Assembly (NCBI GenBank): GCA_964398235.1
Contig: CAYNMB010000003.1
Span: forward strand, 3,057 to 41,201
Direction of reading: 5' to 3'
Origin: an uncultured Candidatus Bathyarchaeia archaeon
Lineage (GTDB): Archaea; Thermoproteota; Bathyarchaeia; Bathyarchaeales; DTEX01
DNA length: 38,145 nt
Position 1 is the first letter of the stretch. Every line of letters starts with the position of its first letter. Position numbers and translations under genes: made by a program. The notes beneath the pieces were generated by a model, which ran no database searches, was not told the origin of the DNA, and saw only the letters and a program-made list of their open reading frames with translations. Positions 18,032 to 30,039 of this stretch are shown in pieces.

Positions 18032-18760
18032 ATGGATGTTAATGTGAAAACCGAGTTTCTGGCCAAGAATGCTAGAGAAGCTGCGGAAAGGGAGGATCTG
18101 ATAATTGTTATAGATGCTTTAAGATGCTGCTCAACTATTGTAACCGCCCTAGCGAATGGCGCCAAGGCGATAATACCGGTGAAGACTTTAAGGGAGGCAT
18201 ATAAAATTCGCGCCATGAATTCTGATTATCTTTTAGCCGGCGAGAGAGGCGGGGTGAAACCTAGGGGATTTGATCTTGGGAATTCGCCTCTAGAATATAC
18301 CCGCGAGAGGGTTCGTGGAAAAACAATAGTGCTGACAACCACTAGTGGAACAACAGCCTTAGCTCTCTCAAAAGATTCTAAGCATGTTTTTATAGGTTCT
18401 TTTTTGAATGCTAAGGCAGTGGCCGAAAAAGCATTTGAAATTGCCAGCGCCGAGCACATGGATATATCGATTGTTCAATCAGGAACAAAAGGGAAATTTT
18501 CTCTAGAGGACTTCATTTGCGCAGGCGCAATAATATCTAGAATGCCCCAGAAACATATAGAGATGTCAGACAGCGCCCTAGCATCTCTGCTTGCATTTAA
18601 GCATGCGGAAACCGATTTATGCGCTACGGTTATGAAAAGCTCTCATTCAAGGAAACTTATTGAGCTGGGTTTTAAAAAGGATATAGAATTCTCCTGCCGC
18701 CTAGATTTATTTCAGATAACACCAATATATAGGGAGGGAAAAATTGTTAAGGGAACGTAA
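18032..18760 (+). CDS. comB: 2-phosphosulfolactate phosphatase family protein (ComB-like)
   Basis: 242 aa. IVIDALRCCSTIVTALANGAKAIIPV is the family signature region. GGAGG SD lies about 12 nt upstream of the ATG. Confidence 0.8.
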   Translation: MDVNVKTEFLAKNAREAAEREDLIIVIDALRCCSTIVTALANGAKAIIPVKTLREAYKIRAMNSDYLLAGERGGVKPRGFDLGNSPLEYTRERVRGKTIVLTTTSGTTALALSKDSKHVFIGSFLNAKAVAEKAFEIASAEHMDISIVQSGTKGKFSLEDFICAGAIISRMPQKHIEMSDSALASLLAFKHAETDLCATVMKSSHSRKLIELGFKKDIEFSCRLDLFQITPIYREGKIVKGT

Positions 18761-18786
18761 AACCTCGGCTATGTTCTCGACGGGTT

Positions 18787-20037
18787 CTATGCAACTATCG
18801 ACTTAAGCATAGAGCCTTTCTGATAGCAATTTGTCTCCTTCAGCTTCTCTATGGTTGCATTATAAACAGCCATAGTCATCAATTTATATATGGTTGTTCC
18901 ACAAGCCTTTTTCTCACCAGCCCTAATGGCCTCCTTATTTGCTTCATAGTGGTCTGCAAACGCGTTTGCTCCAGCGACAAGGAAGTTCGTGTTTACGTTG
19001 TCTTTGCCAACAAGGCCTAAGGCGACTCTAGCTGCGCCTGTTCCACCATGCTGGGCGAAGGGCACATATTTTCCAACCTCTAGGAAGAGAGCTCTCTGAA
19101 CCGCCTCAAGTTTCTCAACGTCTGGCTCATGCTTTTCTCCCTTTCTAGCCGCATGAACCATACCGATTGGATAAGATATTCCATCAGCGCTAGTATATTT
19201 AATAAATGAAACAACCTGCTTTGCAAAATTCTCTAATTCTTTCCCTCTAAGTTTCACGTATTCAATTGGTTCACCGCTTTGACCGGTTGCTCCAAACTCG
19301 GCTTCAAGCATTACATCTTTGTTTCCAAGATCCTTCTTTATTGCGTCGGAGATTTCTTTCGTAACAACAAAATCCAGTACTGGCGGAAGCTTTTCTGTGT
19401 CAATCATCGCCCAAGCTGGCTTAACAGCTGCAACTACATTCACGAAATCTCTCTTGAACTCTTGATATTCGGGGCTTGAAAGATAATTTACGTAAGCGTT
19501 AAATGTTTTATCATCAAGCTTAATTTTCCCGAATACTGGCTCCATATAATTAATGGCATCCTTTATCCTAGCGATAGCCAACTCGCTTTCCAAACTCTTT
19601 CTTACTGGAGCCGTTGAGAGAACGTTGAAATCAAATTTTGGCACATTGAAATGATCTAATGAGATTGCGACATATTTTGCACCATACTGATTTATCAGAT
19701 GATTGAGAACATCAACAGTTAATTTGGCTCCATCAACGGCTGGAAACGGATATTCCTGTCGAGTAACGCCCTCTGGAGGCTTAAAGTGGGTTATTTTTCC
19801 ACCAGAAAGATTCATTGAATTATAGCTTATCTGAATTATCATCGGCGATTGTTCTCCCTGAGCCGCGGCCATAACAAACGCTCTTCCCTCAAGATCAACC
19901 GGCGGGTTAACGTTCGCAGCTAGGATAGTGACTCTTTCTTCCTCCGGCTTCAAGGTTCCATCCTTCTCGAATGGACAAAAGATTTCGAAGCATTTTCTTA
20001 GTTGCTTTCCTGTCAGGAAACTCGTCATTGCGGTCAT
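18787..20037 (-). CDS. Class II (metal-dependent) fructose/ketose-bisphosphate aldolase family protein, long form
   Basis: 416 aa. It is colinear with E. coli FbaA motifs as I recall them: ILAANV, SPMIIQIS, ISLDH (vs HTDH), LEAEFGATG (vs LEIELGCTGG), IGMVHAA (vs FGNVHG) and FAQHGGTG (vs FVFHGGSG). GGAGG abuts ATG 20037 and is 9 nt from ATG 20028, so 20028 may be the real start. Confidence 0.7.
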   Translation of the reverse strand: MTAMTSFLTGKQLRKCFEIFCPFEKDGTLKPEEERVTILAANVNPPVDLEGRAFVMAAAQGEQSPMIIQISYNSMNLSGGKITHFKPPEGVTRQEYPFPAVDGAKLTVDVLNHLINQYGAKYVAISLDHFNVPKFDFNVLSTAPVRKSLESELAIARIKDAINYMEPVFGKIKLDDKTFNAYVNYLSSPEYQEFKRDFVNVVAAVKPAWAMIDTEKLPPVLDFVVTKEISDAIKKDLGNKDVMLEAEFGATGQSGEPIEYVKLRGKELENFAKQVVSFIKYTSADGISYPIGMVHAARKGEKHEPDVEKLEAVQRALFLEVGKYVPFAQHGGTGAARVALGLVGKDNVNTNFLVAGANAFADHYEANKEAIRAGEKKACGTTIYKLMTMAVYNATIEKLKETNCYQKGSMLKSIVA

Positions 20038-20043
20038 CCTCCA

Positions 20044-20063
20044 TTATGCTTTATCAAGCATAA
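20044..20063 (-). promoter_or_regulatory. Hairpin-capable inverted repeat TTATGCTT-TATC-AAGCATAA just upstream of the SD of the aldolase-like gene
   Basis: Perfect 8-bp arms with a 4-nt loop. On the minus strand it is preceded by oligo-T/TATA-like TTTTTTATTAATTTTT (20064-20085). It could be a 5' leader structure or part of a terminator for the upstream orphan pair. Confidence 0.3.
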
Positions 20064-20111
20064 AAATTAATAAAAAAGTTTTTAAATTGTATGATGACGC
20101 CAAATTTTTCT

Positions 20112-20387
20112 CTAAATTTTTGATATGTAGGCTTCGGTTTTCCCTTCTTTTGTCACAATCTTTAGCCTGCATTCCTTCGTTAAAACGTGGGTTACATCGC
20201 CCTCCACTTTTGTCTCAACGTCTCCTGAGATCACTGGCATTGAATGTACATTTATTGTTGTTACATTTGGGTTTTTCCACCTTATTTCGTAGCCACCAGT
20301 GGTTTTTGTGATCGTGAAGCCGCCGAAAATCTCGTATTCATAAACAGTTTCTTCAGACTTCTTTTTCTTTCTACCAAACCATCTCAT
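20112..20387 (-). CDS. Hypothetical small protein (91 aa), basic N-terminus and beta-rich body
   Basis: This is the only ORF filling the gap and it is co-directional with its neighbours. The sequence starts MRWFGRKKKK and then has GDVETKVEGDVTHV-type repeats. No SD is evident. Confidence 0.5.
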   Translation of the reverse strand: MRWFGRKKKKSEETVYEYEIFGGFTITKTTGGYEIRWKNPNVTTINVHSMPVISGDVETKVEGDVTHVLTKECRLKIVTKEGKTEAYISKI

Positions 20388-20441
20388 TTTACATCACTTG
20401 AAGGAGAGAATATACATCATAGAGAAAATAAGTTTTTTGGT

Positions 20442-20933
20442 TTAAGCGATATATGATGATTCTGTTTTCTCGAAGTTTCTTATAATTTCCAATTCATCGT
20501 TAGGCAAATATTTCCTCAGTGACATTATTGAGGGATTTAATAGCGGGGGCTCCACAGCCATTCTAACAGCCGGATGATCCTCTCCAAAAACATCTAAGCT
20601 CACTTTATAGACAAGTCTTCTAACTTCCCTTTCATTCAAAAAGCCTAGTGAATGTAAGTATTCGTGAAGCAGTAGGGAGAAAACTAGTGAATTGAATTCT
20701 ATTTTTGAAAACATTGACTTGGACACGGCATATATGAGCAGTTTATTTAAAACTATTATGTTTGAGCCAAGTATATGGTAGGCTCCAATATTAGGCGGTA
20801 GATTTGAAAGATATAGTAATAAGCCGACCCTATGTAAACCTAAAGTTTTCTTTACAGCCTTTTTCACAAGGTCAAAAATCTCGCCATAACTTTTACAATT
20901 TTTAAGATTTTCTCTAAAATATGATTTATCCAT
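20442..20933 (-). CDS. Putative minimal zincin-like protein with HExxHxxG motif
   Basis: 163 aa. HEYLHSLGFLN is encoded at 20634-20666. An upstream segment GSNIIVLNKLL resembles the strand preceding HExxH in SprT/DUF45-like zincins. The coding sequence is AT-rich. Confidence 0.55.
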   Translation of the reverse strand: MDKSYFRENLKNCKSYGEIFDLVKKAVKKTLGLHRVGLLLYLSNLPPNIGAYHILGSNIIVLNKLLIYAVSKSMFSKIEFNSLVFSLLLHEYLHSLGFLNEREVRRLVYKVSLDVFGEDHPAVRMAVEPPLLNPSIMSLRKYLPNDELEIIRNFEKTESSYIA

Positions 20934-21049
20934 TTGTCAACCCTAATCAATCTGATAGTATGTCATAAGCTCGTTATAAAGTCTTCCCCTAAACCATAAA
21001 ATACTTGAAACTTCTAAATTTATGAAGACCTCTCGAGGAAGGGGTTTAC

Positions 21050-25197
<4,148 letters not shown>

Positions 25198-25674
25198 ATG
25201 GAGGAAATGGATTACGCTCTAGAAAAGATACGGAAAATAGCTGACTATCAGTTTGGTAAAGGGGTTGGAGAAAAACTGTTTCCGGAGAATGTTAAAATAG
25301 TTTTTTCTAAGAGGACGGGTAGGATAAGGCATGTTTATTTAAACGATAAGCTTTTGGCAACGCTGAATCCGATAACGGGCTTTTTTACATTAACCATAGA
25401 AGGCGCTAGGAAAGTGCTTGAAGCCATGCAACCTAAACGTTTGTGGGTTCAAGTAAGGGATGATGCCGCGCTATTTGTTGAGAAGGGAAGCGACGTATTC
25501 GTTAAACATGTCACTGATTTGGATGAGGAGATTCGTCCAGGCGAGGAGGTGATTGTTGTGAATAGCAAGGGAGAGGTTATAGCTGTGGGCAGAGCCATGC
25601 TCTCCGGCGCTGAAATGAGGGTTTTCAATAGAGGCATAGCGGTTAGGGTTCGAAGGGGAAAAAATGAAAAATAA
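25198..25674 (+). CDS. PUA-domain RNA-binding protein
   Basis: 158 aa. The C-terminal segment RPGEEVIVVNSKGEVIAVGRAMLSGAEM is PUA-like. Confidence 0.8.
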   Translation: MEEMDYALEKIRKIADYQFGKGVGEKLFPENVKIVFSKRTGRIRHVYLNDKLLATLNPITGFFTLTIEGARKVLEAMQPKRLWVQVRDDAALFVEKGSDVFVKHVTDLDEEIRPGEEVIVVNSKGEVIAVGRAMLSGAEMRVFNRGIAVRVRRGKNEK

Positions 25675-25715
25675 TAAGGGGAGGTTTATGGCATTTATTT
25701 TTGGAGGTTATGGAA

Positions 25716-26057
25716 ATGCGGAGAATTAGTCCTAGAGAAGCTAAAAGGCTTATGCAACGTCTAGGTTTGAACATGAAGCCAATGGAAGTTAAGGAAGTTA
25801 TACTTAAAACAAGCGATAAGGAGATTATGATTGAGGAGCCCGAGGTAACTGTCTTAGAAATTCAGGGGCAGAAAATATTTCAGATTGCTGGAGGAAAAAT
25901 CTCTGAGAAACCTATTGAAAAGAAGATTGTCATACCGGAGGAGGACGTCCATCTTGTTGCACAACAGGCAAACGTAAGCCTAGAGGAGGCAAGAGCCGCG
26001 CTCGAACAAACGGGCGGAGATCTAGCTCAAGCAATATTGCTTCTAAGCCAAAAGTAA
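25716..26057 (+). CDS. nac: Nascent polypeptide-associated complex protein (archaeal NAC with UBA tail)
   Basis: MRRISPREAKRLMQRLGLNM is a NAC domain. The C-terminal VSLEEARAALEQTGGDLAQAILLL is a UBA domain. GGAGGT (25703-25708) lies 7 nt before ATG 25716. The track start TTG 25701 and ATG 25710 are alternatives. Confidence 0.85.
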   Translation: MRRISPREAKRLMQRLGLNMKPMEVKEVILKTSDKEIMIEEPEVTVLEIQGQKIFQIAGGKISEKPIEKKIVIPEEDVHLVAQQANVSLEEARAALEQTGGDLAQAILLLSQK

Positions 26058-26204
26058 TTCAGTCAAATGTTTAATGGTTTAACTTTCAAATTTATTCTAG
26101 TAACTTGACAATTATTGTGATGTTATCGCAGCTACTCGAGCTTTATGAACCCTTTTATTATGTTGGATCCCTAATATCTTTCAGACAGATGGAGGTTCAA
26201 TGTC

Positions 26205-27446
26205 TTGGAGCTGAAAGTGGAGAGAATTTGGAGCCTGGAAGTAGGCGTTGGTCCAGCCGAACATGGAGTGTATAGGAAAGGATTTTTGTATCTTGCTCCA
26301 ACATTTCGAGACGAGTTTTGGATGGTTGATGCTGAAAGTGGGAAAATTCTAAAGACTTTTAAAATGCCTGATCATGTTTGGGGAGCACCTTGGGTTGATG
26401 AAACCGGCATTTATGGAGCTTCTCTCGGAGGACATGTGATAAAGTTTAGTTCGAATGGAGAGATTCTATGGAAGTCTAATCCAGAGTTAGGTGACTTTAA
26501 GGCTGAGGCTGTAACTGAGGCTTGGAGCGAATTTTTGGCAGTTCAGTTTCTTAGGGGCATTGCTATTTTAAGGAAGGAGGATGGAGAGATTCTATGGAGC
26601 GATGAATGGACTCCTGAAGCACCGGGCGCTCAGGAACCAACGTTTGATTTAGAAACTGATTTGCTGTGGGTTTGTAGGCCTGCATGCAAGGATGGGTTGG
26701 TTGCATATGACCTTAATGGTGAAAAAGTTTTCTCTGCAGATTTGCCTAGTCCTCCAACGTCCTACGCGTGCCCACAGCTATGGACCCGGTATGTTGTGGT
26801 GATATGTAGAAGACATGTGGCTGTTTTTGATAGAGGTTCTGGAAAAATGATTTGGAGTAGGGATTTCTCCACAGTTGTTTATGGCGATAAGGTTCAAGAT
26901 TCGTTGGCGGGGGGACCGAGGGTTGTAACGCAGGATGGTAGGGTGATAGTTTGGACAACTGACGGAGTTTTTACATGTCTAAGTATAGAGGATGGAGGAA
27001 CACTATGGACTTTAGACTTCAAGAAGTTGGGTTATGCTTCAGATAAATGTAATGATCCTTGGGGATATGCCGGTGGAGCGGTTGTGGACGGAGTTTTTGT
27101 CATATTGGGCAGAAACAATCTTCCCAAGGGCAGTGATCCAAATTTTGCAATTAACAAAAACAGACTTTTCATAATAGATTATAGGAAGGGTGAAATAATT
27201 TATGCTTCAGAGCCCATCTATCAGATGGCTTGCTGCTGTAAACCAATCGTGGCGAAGGGGAAGGTCATTATAGGAAGCTGGTACGAGGATTCTGAGGGAA
27301 AAACCTACAGTAACCTCTATAATTGCTGGAGAATAAGCGTGGCTGATGAGAAAAGGGAAGTTTTAGACAGAGATTATTTGTGGCTTGGAGGAATGCATCA
27401 CGGAGGATACTCAAAGGGCTGCCTGCTAGGCTTAAAACGCTCTTGA
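26205..27446 (+). CDS. PQQ-like/BamB-like beta-propeller repeat protein
   Basis: 413 aa. Recurrent blade motifs are GKILKTF, GEILWKS, GEILWSD, GKMIWSRDF and GGTLWTLDF. The TTG start is supported by GGAGGT 8 nt upstream. No obvious signal peptide or TM segment. Confidence 0.75.
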   Translation: MELKVERIWSLEVGVGPAEHGVYRKGFLYLAPTFRDEFWMVDAESGKILKTFKMPDHVWGAPWVDETGIYGASLGGHVIKFSSNGEILWKSNPELGDFKAEAVTEAWSEFLAVQFLRGIAILRKEDGEILWSDEWTPEAPGAQEPTFDLETDLLWVCRPACKDGLVAYDLNGEKVFSADLPSPPTSYACPQLWTRYVVVICRRHVAVFDRGSGKMIWSRDFSTVVYGDKVQDSLAGGPRVVTQDGRVIVWTTDGVFTCLSIEDGGTLWTLDFKKLGYASDKCNDPWGYAGGAVVDGVFVILGRNNLPKGSDPNFAINKNRLFIIDYRKGEIIYASEPIYQMACCCKPIVAKGKVIIGSWYEDSEGKTYSNLYNCWRISVADEKREVLDRDYLWLGGMHHGGYSKGCLLGLKRS

Positions 27447-27531
27447 TCGGGCATCATCTCCCATAATCGATAACGCCTCCCCTTTTCTCCTTAACCCGCC
27501 ACTTAGGTATTCATATACTTAATTTTCCGAT

Positions 27532-27553
27532 ACCCTTATCTTTCAATAAGGGT
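27532..27553 (+). promoter_or_regulatory. Inverted repeat ACCCTTAT-CTTTCA-ATAAGGGT 13 nt upstream of the pepQ ATG, followed by tandem AAGGGTT AAGGGTT
   Basis: Perfect 8-bp arms with a 6-nt loop. The tandem heptamer at 27548-27561 overlaps the right arm and the expected SD position. Confidence 0.3.
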
Positions 27554-27565
27554 TAAGGGTTTATC

Positions 27566-28633
27566 ATGTCGGTGAAAACTCGTTTAGAAAGATTGAGGAA
27601 TATTTTATCCTCAAAAAATGTTGATGCAATTCTAATATCCGATGAAAAAAGCATATTTTACTTCACTGAGTTTTTCGGCGGATTTAAGCTTCTAGTCCCT
27701 TTAAAGGAAGCGCCCATCCTCTTCGTTTATTCTGTTAACTATGAAGCTGCAAAAGAATTTGCTAAAAATGTGAGGATTGAATTAATAAAAGCTGGCGAGG
27801 AACCTAGCGCCAAGCTTCTTGAGGAGATCGCCAGATGCAACATTAAATCATTGGGATTCGATAAGATGAACATTCCCGAATACCTGAAACTCAACGAGAA
27901 GCTGAAAAACGTTAGTTTAAAGCCTCTAGAGAACGCTGTATGGTCGCTGCGTAAAATTAAGGACAAACATGAAATCGAGTTGATGAAGAAGGCGGCTGAA
28001 ATAACCAGTAGGGGGATGAAGAAGGCGGCTGAAATCATTGAGGCTGGATTAAAAGAGTATGAAGTTGCAGCCGAAGTCGAATATGAGATGCGTAAACTTG
28101 GCTCTAATGGAGTTGCATTTGACACCATAGTATGCAGCGGGTCTTCATCTGCGTTTCCACACGGCGGATGGGGAAATTTAGAAATTAAGAGAGGAGACTT
28201 CGTTGTTGTCGATGTAGGCGCTAAATATCGGGGATACTGCGCCGATCTAACTAGGACATTTATTATAGGCAAGCCTACAGAAAGGCAGACCCGCATCTAT
28301 AAAGCCGTTGTGGAGGCACAGAAAAATGCCATAAATAGAATAAAACACGGCGTGAAAGCCAGCGAGGTTGACGCTGTTGCTAGAGACCATATTGCCAAAA
28401 TGGGCTATGGTGAATATTTTGTCCATGGCCTGGGGCATGGCGTTGGATTAGATGTTCATGAACCGCCAAGACTGGCAATGTCGAGCAAAGATATTTTATC
28501 TTCCGGGAACATCGTGACCGTGGAGCCGGGAATATATATTCCCGGCTATGGTGGAGTGCGCATAGAAGACACCGTTTTAGTCAGGGACAAGGATGCTGTA
28601 AAATTGACGGAAGCACCCATACCACGCTATTAG
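27566..28633 (+). CDS. pepQ: M24-family Xaa-Pro dipeptidase/aminopeptidase
   Basis: 355 aa. Metal-ligand contexts are VVDVGAKYRGYCADLTRTF, HGLGHGVGLDVHE, VEPGIY and VRIEDTV. Confidence 0.92.
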   Translation: MSVKTRLERLRNILSSKNVDAILISDEKSIFYFTEFFGGFKLLVPLKEAPILFVYSVNYEAAKEFAKNVRIELIKAGEEPSAKLLEEIARCNIKSLGFDKMNIPEYLKLNEKLKNVSLKPLENAVWSLRKIKDKHEIELMKKAAEITSRGMKKAAEIIEAGLKEYEVAAEVEYEMRKLGSNGVAFDTIVCSGSSSAFPHGGWGNLEIKRGDFVVVDVGAKYRGYCADLTRTFIIGKPTERQTRIYKAVVEAQKNAINRIKHGVKASEVDAVARDHIAKMGYGEYFVHGLGHGVGLDVHEPPRLAMSSKDILSSGNIVTVEPGIYIPGYGGVRIEDTVLVRDKDAVKLTEAPIPRY

Positions 28634-28652
28634 CCAAAAATGCTCTCTAACA

Positions 28653-29279
28653 CTATTCTTTCTTAAGGATTCTTCTGACCACCGGTCCATTGGGACGTGT
28701 TTCTTCGAATATTATGCATTGGAACTTGTAGATTTTCGTCCCCTTCAAAAGCCAATAATCTGGCGGCAAACCAGCTTTCATGCAACATTGGCTTAGGAAT
28801 TCTTCCTCATTCCAGCCCCATTCAACCGGCACCTGTGGAAGCAATAGGCCTTTAAAGAACCCTCTTTCAACAATTAATCCATCTTCGCCAATTTTTATTT
28901 TTGATGGATATTCGCTAGGCGATTTAACTTCAATGAGCTTTGGTAGGGTTAGAATACTGACTTCAAATACAACTTGATCAAGTTCCTCTCTAGTCATTGG
29001 AGGGAAACGTGGATCTCTAGTCGCCGACTCTATAGCCGCTTCAATAACCGCTTTGACTAGCGGATAGGTTGGGTATGGGAAGCCTATGCATCCTCTCAGG
29101 CTTTTCTCGCCGTCAACCAGCCTATTTATTGTGACAAAGACGCCTCTTTTTTCCAGAAGCTTCGATGAAACATCTTTTGGAGGACTAATTATTCTTCCAT
29201 CCTTGAGGTTTTCCTCAACAGCTTTTCTGGCGAGCTTAACAAGGAAAACTCCTTCTTCATCTGATAAATTAAATTCCAT
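28653..29279 (-). CDS. AMMECR1-domain protein
   Basis: 208 aa. The signature LRGCIGF is present and the layout is AMMECR1-like. Confidence 0.9.
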   Translation of the reverse strand: MEFNLSDEEGVFLVKLARKAVEENLKDGRIISPPKDVSSKLLEKRGVFVTINRLVDGEKSLRGCIGFPYPTYPLVKAVIEAAIESATRDPRFPPMTREELDQVVFEVSILTLPKLIEVKSPSEYPSKIKIGEDGLIVERGFFKGLLLPQVPVEWGWNEEEFLSQCCMKAGLPPDYWLLKGTKIYKFQCIIFEETRPNGPVVRRILKKE

Positions 29280-29313
29280 TCTCCAGATTCACCAAGCATT
29301 ACTATGTAACAGA

Positions 29314-29329
29314 GATTTTAAAAAATCTT
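29314..29329. promoter_or_regulatory. AT-only palindrome AGATTTTAAAAAATCT between the rpiA stop and the AMMECR1 start (TATA-like)
   Basis: Perfect 7-bp arms with a 2-nt centre, about 40 nt upstream of the AMMECR1 ATG on the minus strand. Confidence 0.25.
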
Positions 29330-29340
29330 AGTCCGCTTAA

Positions 29341-30039
29341 TTATCTGCTGATTTTCTTCACGGAGGTTTTTGTACCTATATAGGCTGAGCGCGCAATTTC
29401 AACGAACAATCCGGTTTCCACAACTCCGGGAATCATCTTTAATTCGAAGTTTAGTTTTCTCGGATCCTTAATTATGCCGAAGTCTACGTCTATGATGAAG
29501 TTTCCATTATCAGTTATGTAGGGCACGCCATTTTTAATCTCCCTTAAAAATGGTTTTCCACCAATCTTCCTTATTCTCGCCGTGACGAGTGGTTTAGCAA
29601 AGGGGAGGACTTCAACCGGCAGGACTTGCTGTTTTTCACCAAGGTAATTGGCTAGCTTTCTTTCATCCGCAACAATAATCAGTTTCTTTGAGGACATTGC
29701 GACAATTTTTTCTCGTGTTAAGGCGCCCCCTAAACCCTTTATTAAATTTAGATTGCGGTCGATTTGATCCGCCCCATCAATCGTCAAATCCAATGTTGGA
29801 TGCTCATGAAGCGTTGTTAGTGGGACGCCATGCCTCACTGCCAGAAGCAACGACTGATAAGATGTTGGCACTCCAAGAACATTTAACGCTTCCTCCCTTA
29901 TCCTTCGCCCTATCTCCTCTATAGCATACTTAACGGTTGAACCAGATCCAATCCCGATAACGAAGCCGTCTCTAACCTCCTTTTTTACGGCTTCCACCGC
30001 AGCCCTTCTTTTAGCATCTTCAATCCAATCCATATTCAC
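29341..30039 (-). CDS. rpiA: Ribose-5-phosphate isomerase A
   Basis: 232 aa. GIGSGSTV, DGADQID and KGLGGALTREK are present. Its ATG overlaps the stop codon of the upstream gene (ATGA). Confidence 0.92.
   Translation of the reverse strand: MNMDWIEDAKRRAAVEAVKKEVRDGFVIGIGSGSTVKYAIEEIGRRIREEALNVLGVPTSYQSLLLAVRHGVPLTTLHEHPTLDLTIDGADQIDRNLNLIKGLGGALTREKIVAMSSKKLIIVADERKLANYLGEKQQVLPVEVLPFAKPLVTARIRKIGGKPFLREIKNGVPYITDNGNFIIDVDFGIIKDPRKLNFELKMIPGVVETGLFVEIARSAYIGTKTSVKKISR

Noticed and set aside
25678-25729. A duplicated SD-ATG module (GGAGGTTTATGG at 25680 and GGAGGTTATGG at 25703) creating a 13-codon upstream ORF, MAFIFGGYGNAEN, that overlaps the nac start.
   Set aside because: The duplication is real. 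However, the uORF ATG is only 2-3 nt from its SD core, the peptide is tiny, and there is no way to assess conservation. I used the second module only to place the nac start at 25716.
27739-28296. A 185-aa ORF antisense to pepQ. Similar long shadow ORFs are 22682..23161 and 24092..24328 in lacZ, 14560..15051 in the FGGY kinase, 11339..11803 across DRG/galK, 30103..30513 in the coiled-coil gene, 6491..6838 in pyrE, and 1588..1848 with 1950..2243 in fusA.
   Set aside because: All lie fully inside strongly supported genes on the opposite strand. Their composition is Ser/Leu/Pro-rich and low-complexity, typical of antisense frames, and none has an SD or a recognisable motif.
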